Shown one piece after another: positions 37,240 to 46,481 of a stretch of 64,000 nucleotides of DNA. Within the stretch, counting starts at the first letter, position 1. The number at the start of each line of letters is the position of its first letter. The translations under genes and the position numbers were made by a program. This stretch comes from Nitrososphaeria archaeon. Lineage in GTDB: Archaea; Thermoproteota; Nitrososphaeria; Nitrososphaerales; JAAOZN01. The notes below the pieces were generated by a model, which was not told where the DNA came from, did not search any database, and saw nothing but the letters and a program-made list of their open reading frames with translations. The DNA lies in the NCBI GenBank assembly GCA_029775855.1, contig JARVJZ010000005.1:32001-96000 (forward strand), written 5' to 3'.

Positions 37240-37893
37240 CTAACCGCTCTGACTAGTCTTCTTAGGAGAAGGTTTCGCAGGTATAACCCAAGGGCGTGCA
37301 GTTTTCATCTTAGCTTCATACTCAGCGATCTTAGACTCGTGTTTGAGCGTCAGTCCTATATCGTCTAAACCCTCCAGCAGCCTATCTTTGATGAACTTTG
37401 GTATCTCAAATCTATATTCTAAGCCAGAAGGTTCTGAAACCTTCTGCGCCTCCAAGTCTACAGTCAAATAAAGGGTGCCTTCTGTTGCTCTCTTCATGAT
37501 GGTATCAATCTCGTCTGGCTTCAAGGTTATCAGCAGAAGACCGTTCTTGTAGGCGTTGCTGTAGAAGATGTCTGCAAAGCTCTCAGCTATTACCGTTTTT
37601 ATTCCATAGTCAAGAAGCGCCCATACAGCGTGCTCCCTTGAGCTTCCGCATCCGAAGTTTGATCTGGTGACAAGTATGGATGCCTTCTTATATTGAGACT
37701 GGTTTAATACGAAGTCCGCTTTAGGTTCACCGCGTTCATCAAAGCGCCAGTTGAAGAAGAGGTAGTTGCCGAAACCTTTACGCTCTATCAGCTTAAGAAA
37801 CTGCTTCGGTATAATCTGGTCTGTGTCTACATCACGCCTATCAAGAGGCGCGACCAATCCAGTAAAGGTCTTAAAAGGATGCATATTCAACAC
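37240..37893 (-). CDS. leuD: 3-isopropylmalate dehydratase small subunit (bacterial type)
   Basis: VDTDQIIPKQFL, NFGCGSSREHA, SFADIF, GLDDIGLTL. Confidence 0.97.
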   Translation of the reverse strand: MLNMHPFKTFTGLVAPLDRRDVDTDQIIPKQFLKLIERKGFGNYLFFNWRFDERGEPKADFVLNQSQYKKASILVTRSNFGCGSSREHAVWALLDYGIKTVIAESFADIFYSNAYKNGLLLITLKPDEIDTIMKRATEGTLYLTVDLEAQKVSEPSGLEYRFEIPKFIKDRLLEGLDDIGLTLKHESKIAEYEAKMKTARPWVIPAKPSPKKTSQSG

Positions 37894-37896
37894 TCC

Positions 37897-39303
37897 TTAT
37901 TCAAAACTCCACTCCCTTACATCAACGAACCTACCAGCTATCGCAGCGGCTGCAGCCATCATTGGGCTGACTAGATGTGTCCTACCGCCCGCACCCTGTC
38001 TTCCTTCGAAGTTTCTGTTAGATGTGCTAGCGCACCGCTCACCAGGAGCCAAGATGTCTTGATTCATACCTAAGCACATGCTGCACCCAGATTCACGCCA
38101 CTCAAATCCAGCTTCTCGAAAGATCTTAGCCAAACCACGCTCTTCGGCTTCACGCTTTACCGTCTGCGAGCCAGGAACCACCATGGCTCTAACCCCAGAT
38201 GCTACTCTCCTACCTTTGACAACCTTCGCCGCAGCCTCTAAATCACTCAGCCTAGCGTTTGTGCACGAGCCTATAAACACCCTATCAACCTTAATCTCTG
38301 TAATAGGTGTTCCAGGTTTAAGCCCCATGTATTCTAGTGCCCGCTCAACAGCCTTCCTCTCAACCGGATCTTCGAAGCTATCTGGATGTGGCACAACATC
38401 AGTCACATCTACCGCCATCGCCGGTGTGGTCCCCCAAGTAACTTGGGGGGCTACTATGTGTGCATCTATTTTGACGGTTTTATCGAAGGATGCGCCTTGG
38501 TCGGTTTTAAGGCTTCTCCAGTATTCTGCTGCTTCTTCAAATGCGTTATTCTTAGGCGCATACCTTCTCCCTCTAAGATATGTGATGGTCTTCTCGTCTG
38601 GTGCCACAAGCCCGCATCTTGCCCCTGCTTCTATGCTCATGTTGCAGAGCGTCATTCTTTCATCCATGTTGAAGCCTTCTACTGTATCCCCTCTGTATTC
38701 GATTGCGTAGCCACTACCACCACTTACACCAATCTTCCTAATCATATACAACGCTAGATCTTTAGCTGACACACCCCTACTTAGAGAACCAGAAATGTTA
38801 ACCTCCATAACCTTAGGTTTCTCAACCCAGACACACTGCGTAGCAAGCACATGCTCCACCTCACTCGTGCCTATGCCAAACGCCAAAGCACCAAAAGCGC
38901 CATGTGTAGATGTATGGCTGTCTCCACAAACTATAGTCAAACCTGGAAGCGTCAAACCTAGCTCCGGCCCTATCACGTGAACTATTCCGTTGTAGGGGCT
39001 TGATAAATCGAATAGTGTGATTCCAAACTCTGCGCAGTTCTTTTCTAAGGTTGCGATTTGTACCGCAGCAAGCTGATCTGAGACTGGCAGTAAGCGGCTT
39101 GTTGTTGGTATGTTATGGTCCATAGTTGCGAACGTTAGTTCTGGTCTTCTCACCTTGCGTTTAGCTAACCTCAGACCCTCGAATGCTTGGGGTGATGTGA
39201 CTTCATGTATGTAGTGTCTATCTACATAGAGTAAAGCCGGCTTCCCCTCTTCTTGATAGATAACGTGTTCATCCCAGATCTTTTCAAAAAGTGTTTTTGC
39301 CAT
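37897..39303 (-). CDS. leuC: 3-isopropylmalate dehydratase large subunit (bacterial type)
   Basis: [47 protein letters not shown]. Confidence 0.98.
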   Translation of the reverse strand: MAKTLFEKIWDEHVIYQEEGKPALLYVDRHYIHEVTSPQAFEGLRLAKRKVRRPELTFATMDHNIPTTSRLLPVSDQLAAVQIATLEKNCAEFGITLFDLSSPYNGIVHVIGPELGLTLPGLTIVCGDSHTSTHGAFGALAFGIGTSEVEHVLATQCVWVEKPKVMEVNISGSLSRGVSAKDLALYMIRKIGVSGGSGYAIEYRGDTVEGFNMDERMTLCNMSIEAGARCGLVAPDEKTITYLRGRRYAPKNNAFEEAAEYWRSLKTDQGASFDKTVKIDAHIVAPQVTWGTTPAMAVDVTDVVPHPDSFEDPVERKAVERALEYMGLKPGTPITEIKVDRVFIGSCTNARLSDLEAAAKVVKGRRVASGVRAMVVPGSQTVKREAEERGLAKIFREAGFEWRESGCSMCLGMNQDILAPGERCASTSNRNFEGRQGAGGRTHLVSPMMAAAAAIAGRFVDVREWSFE

Positions 39304-39402
39304 CCTATTGCCAACCTCTGCCTAAAGGTTAATGATAGATAACCTTTTTCCTCGGTTTAGCAGAAACCTATTTAGCCACATTTTTGTTTGGAGAAGGTGG
39401 TA

Positions 39403-39500
39403 GCCGGGGTAGCTCAGCCTGGTTAGAGCGCCAGCCTCCACATAATAGGGCGTCACTCATAATCTGGAGGTCGCGGGTTCAAAACCCGTCCCCGGCACCA
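39403..39500 (+). tRNA. tRNA-Met(CAU), elongator type, with 20-nt intron (39435-39454) at position 30/31; CCA encoded
   Basis: GCCGGGG/CCCCGGC-A-CCA acceptor; removing CCTCCACATAATAGGGCGTC restores CCAGA-CT CAT AA-TCTGG; BHB motif at the junctions. Confidence 0.92.
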
Positions 39501-39563
39501 CGTATGAGTAGGTTTGAGTCTTTGATTACTATAGGTTTAATTGGCTGTTTCTGCTAGTGTCCT

Positions 39564-40307
39564 ATGGTGGAGATGGAGATAGAGGTTCGCAGGTATAAGG
39601 ATATTAATCTTAGGGACGGTGTTGTGCTCGACGGCTTCCCTTCAGCTGGGCTTGTAAGCAGCATCTCAGCGAGCTACCTTATAGCAGCCCTAAATTTAGA
39701 CCAGATAGCGGTACTTGACTCACCGCACTTCCCACCCATATCCTTGATCTTTGACGGTAAGCCGAAGTTTCCCGCTAGGATACATGCTTCTGAGAAGCCG
39801 AAGCTCGCTGTATTTTCAGCTGAGTTTACACCATCCCCTCTTTTGGATAGGGCTCTGGGTAAACGGATACTCGCTTGGTCTAAGGATCATTACTGTAGGA
39901 TGATAGTTACGATAGTCGGAAGACCAGTAGAGGAGACTACCTTTACTACAAGCACACACGACGTTATGGCTGTAGGAAGCACTGAGAGGGCTAGGAGGCT
40001 TATAGAGGGTGCGGGGCTAGAGCAGATGAGGCTGGGCATGGTTACGGGCATACCTGGAACACTGCTTAACGAAGGTAGATGGGAGAATTACGATGTGGTT
40101 GCACTTGTGGTTAAAGCTAGGGAGCATATCGCTGATGCAACAGCGGCGGTTAAGGCTCTTTCAGCATTTTGTAAGCTTGTGCCAGATATATCTATAGACC
40201 TCACACCCTTGGCTCAAGAAGCGGAGAAGATAGAGGCTAGGTTGAGGGTTATGAGGAAAGAGGTCGCTGCCGTTCAGCAACCCCTTGGAAGTGACATCTA
40301 CAGGTGA
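39564..40307 (+). CDS. PAC2-family proteasome assembly chaperone
   Basis: DGFPSAGLVSSI, PKFPARIH, G.VTGIPG.LL, C-terminal HbYX-like IYR. Confidence 0.85.
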   Translation: MVEMEIEVRRYKDINLRDGVVLDGFPSAGLVSSISASYLIAALNLDQIAVLDSPHFPPISLIFDGKPKFPARIHASEKPKLAVFSAEFTPSPLLDRALGKRILAWSKDHYCRMIVTIVGRPVEETTFTTSTHDVMAVGSTERARRLIEGAGLEQMRLGMVTGIPGTLLNEGRWENYDVVALVVKAREHIADATAAVKALSAFCKLVPDISIDLTPLAQEAEKIEARLRVMRKEVAAVQQPLGSDIYR

Positions 40308-40660
40308 ATATGATGGCGGTTTTCCCAAAGTGGGCTGCTGAGGAGATATCTAAAGCTAATTTTACATATGTCGAGACGGTAAAGTACAGTGGTTATCCTC
40401 TTGACATAGATTCTGAGAAGAAGAGGGTAGATGTTCAGTTTTATGATAGGCTTCCTGATGGTAGGTATATCGCGACCTTGGATGTGCCTGACGCTAAGTT
40501 GTTGGATGGTGTGGAGAAGGCAGAAGTCTATATATTCAGCGTCAAAGTCTATGAAGCTAGCCTCAGCGATAGATTGAAGAAGCTTCTAAGTGAGGAATAT
40601 GGGGTATCTATTGATAAGATGTATAAATTTGAACTCGAGTCTATAGAAAGGATGGATTAA
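40304..40660 (+). CDS. Hypothetical protein (beta-rich, possibly OB-like)
   Basis: 118-aa ORF translationally coupled to both neighbours. Confidence 0.7.
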   Translation: MNMMAVFPKWAAEEISKANFTYVETVKYSGYPLDIDSEKKRVDVQFYDRLPDGRYIATLDVPDAKLLDGVEKAEVYIFSVKVYEASLSDRLKKLLSEEYGVSIDKMYKFELESIERMD

Positions 40661-40661
40661 G

Positions 40662-40946
40662 TTGGTTTCAACCCCATATACTAGGGGTAGGAGCAGAGAA
40701 TACGCTGCACTTAAGATACTTAGAGAGGAGGGTTGGCTGTGTAGCAGAAGTGCAAAGTCTCACAGTCCAGTCGACATCTTTGCTGGTAAAGATGGTAGGT
40801 TGATTTTGATTCAGGTGAAGAGCGGCTCAGCTAAGGTTAGTAAGGGTGAATTATTAGAGTTGAGGGCTTGGGCTGAAGCTTTTGGTGGCGAAGCGGAGGT
40901 GTGGTTCTTTAAGAAGGGTGGTGAAGTAGTTAGAAAAAGGGCTTAG
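40662..40946 (+). CDS. Holliday junction resolvase Hjc-like PD-(D/E)xK nuclease
   Basis: RGRSRE..L...GW...RSA.S..PVDIFA......IQVK. Confidence 0.75.
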   Translation: MVSTPYTRGRSREYAALKILREEGWLCSRSAKSHSPVDIFAGKDGRLILIQVKSGSAKVSKGELLELRAWAEAFGGEAEVWFFKKGGEVVRKRA

Positions 40947-41754
40947 TTAAGGCGCTGTAGAATTTCGGTCTCCTATCCTTGAAGATGTCGTTTAACTCAG
41001 TCAACTTTTTATTTCTTGCTAGCTCAAGGTTTATTTGCGCAGCTTTACATTCTACTTGGTCGTCTGAGGCTGATGCAAGAACCTCCATCTTAGGGCTTAC
41101 GATCTGGCTTCTTCCGATGTATTTAAGATGATAGTTTCCTCGCTTCTCCTCTCCTACTCTATTCGCTGTTACAGTGTATATGTGGTTTTCAAATGAGCGG
41201 GCTAACATAGCTCTTTGGCAGTAGTAGGGTAGCACAAGATTCGAGGGATGAGCTATGATATCAGCACCCTTAAGAGCTAAAACCCTCCATATTTCTGGAA
41301 AGAGCCAATCAAAGCAGATCAGCACACCTAACTTCACACCTTCAACATCATAAACCTTAGGCATTAAGTCCCCTCTGTTGAACAAAATCTTTTCTCTGTT
41401 AAAGAGGTGTATCTTACGATATGAACCCACAAGCCTACCTTTGGAAACAATGACTGCACTGTTATAAACCGCATCTCCAGCCTTTTCAGCCAACCCTGCT
41501 ACGATTGTCTTCTTCTGTCTACCAGATTCTTCTATAAGAGCTCTGCAAGTCTCCCCGTGAGGCACTTCTTCAGCAAAGCGTTTAACCTCTTCTCTATCGA
41601 TAAAGGCGTAGCCTGTGTTGAAGAGTTCTGGAAACACAATTATATCTGCATCAGTGCTTCGAATTAGCGTTAAAGCGTCTTCCACATTAGATTCCACTTC
41701 GCCGAATGTAGGATTCGTCTGGGCATATGCTAACTTTATGACTCTCTCAACCAA
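40930..41754 (-). CDS. Nitrilase/carbon-nitrogen hydrolase family protein
   Basis: FPELFNTGY, YRKIHLF, ICFDW catalytic E-K-C triad. Confidence 0.93.
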   Translation of the reverse strand: MVERVIKLAYAQTNPTFGEVESNVEDALTLIRSTDADIIVFPELFNTGYAFIDREEVKRFAEEVPHGETCRALIEESGRQKKTIVAGLAEKAGDAVYNSAVIVSKGRLVGSYRKIHLFNREKILFNRGDLMPKVYDVEGVKLGVLICFDWLFPEIWRVLALKGADIIAHPSNLVLPYYCQRAMLARSFENHIYTVTANRVGEEKRGNYHLKYIGRSQIVSPKMEVLASASDDQVECKAAQINLELARNKKLTELNDIFKDRRPKFYSALTKPFF

Positions 41755-41760
41755 AGTAGT

Positions 41761-42138
41761 TCAGCCTTTTTCTATCAGCTCAATCCAGATTCCATTAGGG
41801 TCTTTTATGAAGGCTAGGCGCTTACTTCCGCCTTTTAGCATATAGGGTTCTTTTGCTACTTCAACCCCTTCATTCTTCATCTTCTTGATTGTTGTGTCTA
41901 AGTCTTCTACTTCGAAGGCGAGATGGTCAAGTTGGTCACCTTCTTCATAGCTCTTCTTATCCCGCCAATATGTCAACTCAAGCTCTGTGCTATGTGCCTC
42001 ATCTGTTAGAAAGGCTACTTCAGCATTATTTTCCGGAATCTCTCTGCGCCTAAGCAGTTTAAGCCCAAGACGCTTTGTGTAGAAGGTGATAGTTGCATCC
42101 ATATTCTTGACAGTTATTGAAGTGTGCAGGAACTTCAT
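41761..42138 (-). CDS. VOC/glyoxalase (lactoylglutathione lyase-like)
   Basis: HTSITV, LELTY, HLAFEV, FIKDPNGIWIELIE. Confidence 0.9.
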   Translation of the reverse strand: MKFLHTSITVKNMDATITFYTKRLGLKLLRRREIPENNAEVAFLTDEAHSTELELTYWRDKKSYEEGDQLDHLAFEVEDLDTTIKKMKNEGVEVAKEPYMLKGGSKRLAFIKDPNGIWIELIEKG

Positions 42139-42330
42139 CTTAAATTAAGATAGGAAATTCTCTACACATAAACTTTATCCTCAACCTTCGATTATCTTTG
42201 CATTTACTAGATTTTTATTTGCCTAGTCGTAAAATACCTATAGAAGTCTTGAGTTCAGATTAGATATACAACATTGTTCAAATGCAAGAATCTAATTTTC
42301 AAAATCATATCTCTAGTATTAGTTAAAGAA

Positions 42331-42345
42331 GTTAAACTTTAAGTA
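42331..42345 (+). promoter_or_regulatory. Putative BRE/TATA box of the oxidoreductase operon
   Basis: GTTAAAC-TTTAAGTA about 35 nt upstream of ATG 42379 in an AT-rich divergent gap. Confidence 0.35.
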
Positions 42346-42378
42346 TGGTTTCTGCACATAATTAACTAGGCGGCTTCG

Positions 42379-42669
42379 ATGGCGGGTCAAAAGACCAAGA
42401 TATTTGATTATACCGCTTACTCTCTTCCAACCGAAGGTTCTGCAGGGTTTACCGGAAGCTGGAGGTCTAAAAGACCTGTTATAGTCGATGCTAAGTGCAC
42501 GAAGTGCAATTTATGCTGGCTCTACTGCCCAGAAGGCACGATAATCAGAGTTAAAGGTAAAATCCCAATAATAGATCTAACTTACTGCAAGGGTTGCGGC
42601 GTCTGTGCAAACGAGTGCCCCAGCAAAGCCATAAATATGGAGGATGAATCCAAGTGGCTGAGCAAATAG
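42379..42669 (+). CDS. porD: 2-oxoacid:ferredoxin oxidoreductase delta subunit (2x[4Fe-4S])
   Basis: TGSWR..RP, CTKCNLCWLYCP, YCKGCGVCANECP. Confidence 0.92.
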   Translation: MAGQKTKIFDYTAYSLPTEGSAGFTGSWRSKRPVIVDAKCTKCNLCWLYCPEGTIIRVKGKIPIIDLTYCKGCGVCANECPSKAINMEDESKWLSK

Positions 42670-43820
42670 AGGTCTTAACAGGAAACGCAGCAGCAGCATA
42701 CGCCGTAAAACTCGCCAAGGCTCAAGTCATTGCAGCATACCCAATTACACCACAAACCACATTAGTAGAAAGAATAGCAGACTTCATAACAAAAGGTGAG
42801 TTAAAAGCAGAATATATCAAAGTAGAATCTGAACACTCAGCATTAGCAGCGTGCATAGGCGCATCTCTCGGTGGAGCTAGAGCATTCACAGCGACATCTG
42901 CTCAAGGGCTTCTACTCATGCAGGAGATGCTCTTTTGGGCTGCATATGGTAGGACGCCTATGGTTATGGCTGTAGTCACTAGGGCTATTGCGCCTCCTTG
43001 GAATATGTGGTCTGAGCATACCGATGCTTTGTCTCAGAGGGATAGTGGTTGGATACAGATCTTCTGTCATAACAATCAAGAGGTGCTTGATACAGTTATT
43101 CAAGCGTATAAGATATCTGAGGATAAGCGTGTTATGCTTCCGGTGATGGTGTGTTTTGACGGCTTTGAGATTTCACATACTTCTGAGAATGTTAAGGTTC
43201 CTGAGCAGCGGGATGTAGATGACTTTCTGCCTTCTTATGACAACGACCTAATAGATCCTGAGAAACCTAAGCTTCTGTGGAATGGTGTGTATCCTGATGA
43301 TGCGTTCAAATTTAAGATGCTCTTCTCTGAGGCTGCGCAGAAAAGTAAAGATGTAATAGATGAAGTGCATAAGGAGTTCGACTTAAGATTTGGAAGAAGA
43401 TATAGTGCAATAGAGGTTTACGGTAATCCAGACTCCGAAATAATCTTGATCGCTATGGGCTCAGTAGCTTCTTCAGCAAAAGCGGCTGTAGATGTCTTGA
43501 ATAAAGAAGGTCTACCTATAGGCTTGATAAGAATAAGGCTCTTCAGACCCTTCCCCACGAACGAACTCCAAAAGGCAGTGGAGAGAGCAGAAGCCATCGT
43601 CGTGCTCGACCGAAGCCTATCTTTCACACGCGGAATCTTAAGCACAGAGGTCGCAGCGGCGCTTTACAACGCTAAGCGGAGACCAACGCTCTTCGAATAT
43701 ATAACTGGGTTAGGTGGTGCAGTAGTAAGCCATAGATCGATAGTTGAAGCGGTAAAACACTTACTTCCCAAGATCCGCGAACAGCCTAAAGGTGTGTTAT
43801 GGATGAAAGCGGGAGGCTGA
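42654..43820 (+). CDS. porA: 2-oxoacid:ferredoxin oxidoreductase alpha subunit
   Basis: AAYPITPQT, VESEHSA, TATSAQG, RLFRPFP. Confidence 0.93.
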   Translation: MAEQIEVLTGNAAAAYAVKLAKAQVIAAYPITPQTTLVERIADFITKGELKAEYIKVESEHSALAACIGASLGGARAFTATSAQGLLLMQEMLFWAAYGRTPMVMAVVTRAIAPPWNMWSEHTDALSQRDSGWIQIFCHNNQEVLDTVIQAYKISEDKRVMLPVMVCFDGFEISHTSENVKVPEQRDVDDFLPSYDNDLIDPEKPKLLWNGVYPDDAFKFKMLFSEAAQKSKDVIDEVHKEFDLRFGRRYSAIEVYGNPDSEIILIAMGSVASSAKAAVDVLNKEGLPIGLIRIRLFRPFPTNELQKAVERAEAIVVLDRSLSFTRGILSTEVAAALYNAKRRPTLFEYITGLGGAVVSHRSIVEAVKHLLPKIREQPKGVLWMKAGG

Positions 43821-43827
43821 AATCAAA

Positions 43828-44721
43828 ATGGTCACTATAAACGAGCTTACAGACGACGAGTTCCTGTTAAAGGGGAACTCTTCATGCGCAGGCTGCGGCG
43901 CTACAATGGCTATAAGGTGGGTGCTGAAGATCTTAGGTAAGAACACAGTTCTCGTAATGCCAGCTGGATGTGTCAGCGTCTTCCAAGGCATGTTTCCAGC
44001 AAGCGCCTTTGGGGTTCCTGTAATAGATTCAAGTTTCGGTGCTCAGTCATCGATATCAGCGGGTTTAGCTGCTGCGTATAAGGTCAAAGGTAAGAAGATT
44101 AACATAGTTACGCTAGCTGGCGACGGAGGCACAGGAGACATAGGTTTACACGCAGTGTCGGCAGCTGCGGAAAGAGGTGATGATGTGCTATACATATGTT
44201 ATGATAATGAAGCGTATATGAACACAGGAGTTCAAAGAAGCAGCCTTACACCTTACGGCGCGAAGACTGGCACAAACCCAGAAGGTAAGATGGAGTGGAA
44301 GAAGAACCTACCTCTCATAATGGCTGCACACAACATAACTTATGTTGCAACAGCATCAGTAGGTTTCCCATTCGACTTGATGCGTAAAGTAAAGAAGGCA
44401 GCATCACTATCAGGATTCAGATACATACATATCCTAACACCTTGCCCACCCGGCTGGGGAACTGCTGAAAACCTTGCTGCTGAGTTGGGTAGGCTTGCTG
44501 TGAGATGCGGCATCTTCCCTCTGTTTGAAGTGGAGAAAGGTAAGCTAACCCTACATAAGGTGAGCTCAAGACTCCCAGTATCAAAATATTTTGAGGTTCA
44601 AAGGAGGTTCGAAGGGCTTACAGAAGAGCAGCTAAAATATATTCAGAGCAGAGTTGACGAAGAGTTAGCATATTTAGAGCAGCTGGAGAAGATTACATCA
44701 AAGGTGAGTAAAGCTGAATAA
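43828..44721 (+). CDS. porB: 2-oxoacid:ferredoxin oxidoreductase beta subunit (TPP-binding)
   Basis: CAGCG, GDGG...DNEAYMNTG.QRS, PCPPGW. Confidence 0.93.
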   Translation: MVTINELTDDEFLLKGNSSCAGCGATMAIRWVLKILGKNTVLVMPAGCVSVFQGMFPASAFGVPVIDSSFGAQSSISAGLAAAYKVKGKKINIVTLAGDGGTGDIGLHAVSAAAERGDDVLYICYDNEAYMNTGVQRSSLTPYGAKTGTNPEGKMEWKKNLPLIMAAHNITYVATASVGFPFDLMRKVKKAASLSGFRYIHILTPCPPGWGTAENLAAELGRLAVRCGIFPLFEVEKGKLTLHKVSSRLPVSKYFEVQRRFEGLTEEQLKYIQSRVDEELAYLEQLEKITSKVSKAE

Positions 44722-44722
44722 G

Positions 44723-45280
44723 TTGATTGAACTCAGATTCCACGGCAGAGGGGGGCAAGGAGTAGCTACAGCCGCTGAACTCTTCGTCAGAGCTGCGGCA
44801 TACGAAAATTGGTTCGTTCAATCAACACCATTCTTCGGTGCTGAAAGACGGGGTGCACTGGTTGTAGCCTATGCTAGGGCATCAGATAGCCCCATATGGC
44901 TGCGCGAACCCGTGTATAATCCAGATATTCTAGTCGTATTTGATCAAAGAGCGCTTTCTGAAGCAGGGGTGCTTGATGGTTTGAAGGCGAGGGGTAAGAT
45001 ATTAGTTAACTCCACTCAGAGGCCAGAAGATGTTAAGCCTAATATCGATGGTGATTTTCAAGTGTTTACAGTGGATGCAACTGGTATATCGATGAAGCAT
45101 CTAAAGAGACCTACAGTAAACACAACTCTTTTAGGAGCGCTCGCCTCTATTACAGACTTGATATCTCTGGAAGCCCTTAGGCGTGCGATTCTATACCGCT
45201 TCCCCAAGATCGACATAGAGGCTACTATGAAAGCGGTGGATGAAGCCGCCACTACTGTAGTAGGCACATATTTATCCTAA
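44723..45280 (+). CDS. porC: 2-oxoacid:ferredoxin oxidoreductase gamma subunit
   Basis: RFHGRGGQG, FFGAERRG, NTTLLGA. Confidence 0.92.
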   Translation: MIELRFHGRGGQGVATAAELFVRAAAYENWFVQSTPFFGAERRGALVVAYARASDSPIWLREPVYNPDILVVFDQRALSEAGVLDGLKARGKILVNSTQRPEDVKPNIDGDFQVFTVDATGISMKHLKRPTVNTTLLGALASITDLISLEALRRAILYRFPKIDIEATMKAVDEAATTVVGTYLS

Positions 45281-45299
45281 TTCAATTTAGGGTTATAGT

Positions 45300-46481
45300 G
45301 TGGAGACTTTGGATGTTGATAGAGTAGCGGCTAGAGTTAGGGGCGTCGAACTCTCTGGTATAAGGGTTATATTTGATATGGCGGCAAAGATGCCTGATGT
45401 TATTCGACTTGAAGCCGGAGAGCCAGACTTCAAGACCCCACAGCACATATGTGAAGCAGCACAAAAGGCTATGAAAGAAGGAAGAACACGCTACACGACG
45501 AGCCGAGGCATACCAGAGTTAAGGGCAGCTATAGCGTCAAAAGCTAAAAAAGAGAATAATATAGATGCCGACCCAGATGAAGAAATCGTAGTCACAGCAG
45601 GAGGCTCTTGCGCAGTCTACCTAGCCATAAACACAGTCGTAGAGGAAGGAGATGAAGTGTTAATTCCAGACCCAACTTGGCCGCACTACGAAGCCTGTGT
45701 GAAACTCGCTGGAGGAAGACCTTTAACCTACCCTCTGAAAGAGGAACTTGGCTTCAGCTTTGACATAGATGAGATAAAGAAGATGATAACAGATAGAACA
45801 AAGATGATAGTTGTGGCTACGCCAAGTAACCCCACTGGCGGCGTTATCCCTCTGAAGGATCTAAAGGCATTAGCTGATGTAGCCATAAACCACGACATCT
45901 TGATACTCTCAGATGAAGTTTATGAGAAGATAGTTTACGATGGAGAAAAGCACTACAGCATCGCGTCACTATCTGGAATGAAAGATAGGTGCATAACTGT
46001 AAACTCGTTTTCAAAGACATATGCTATGACAGGGTGGAGGCTAGGCTACGCTATAGCCCCAAAAGATATAGCTACAAATATGGCTAAGCTTAACCTGTTT
46101 GTCAACTCTTGCCCAAGCTCAGTCTCACAAGAGGCTGGGTTAGCGGCGCTAACGGGTCCTCAAGATGATGTGGTAATGATGCTTAACGAATACTCGAAGA
46201 GAAGGCGTGTAATCGTGGATGGATTAAGTAGAATAGAGGGCTTCACAATTAACCCTCCAAAAGGAGCTTTTTACGCTTTCCCAAAAATCTCCAAGTTGAA
46301 TTATTCTTCTTGGGACCTTTGTATGCTCTTATTGAAAGAAGGGAGGGTTGCAACAGTTCCCGGTTCCGCCTTCGGCGCTTGTGGTGAAGGATATATCAGA
46401 ATCTCGTATGCTAACTCGGTTGAGAAGATCAAAGAGGCAATCTCTAGAATTGAAGAAACGCTTTCTAAGATCCGTCGATAG
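45300..46481 (+). CDS. Class I/II PLP aminotransferase (aspartate/aromatic type)
   Basis: GEPDF, PSNPTG, SDEVY, SFSKTYAMTGWRLG. Confidence 0.93.
   Translation: METLDVDRVAARVRGVELSGIRVIFDMAAKMPDVIRLEAGEPDFKTPQHICEAAQKAMKEGRTRYTTSRGIPELRAAIASKAKKENNIDADPDEEIVVTAGGSCAVYLAINTVVEEGDEVLIPDPTWPHYEACVKLAGGRPLTYPLKEELGFSFDIDEIKKMITDRTKMIVVATPSNPTGGVIPLKDLKALADVAINHDILILSDEVYEKIVYDGEKHYSIASLSGMKDRCITVNSFSKTYAMTGWRLGYAIAPKDIATNMAKLNLFVNSCPSSVSQEAGLAALTGPQDDVVMMLNEYSKRRRVIVDGLSRIEGFTINPPKGAFYAFPKISKLNYSSWDLCMLLLKEGRVATVPGSAFGACGEGYIRISYANSVEKIKEAISRIEETLSKIRR

Noticed and set aside
38078-38757. Long plus-strand ORFs (210 aa, 123 aa) and similar antisense ORFs across the window
   Set aside because: Lie wholly opposite well-conserved genes such as leuC; codon-bias shadows
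42140-42330. AT-rich gap with short inverted matches (TTGCATTT / AAATGCAA), considered as replication origin or sRNA
   Set aside because: No ORB-like G-string repeats, no adjacent cdc6, no convincing C/D boxes; consistent with a divergent promoter region
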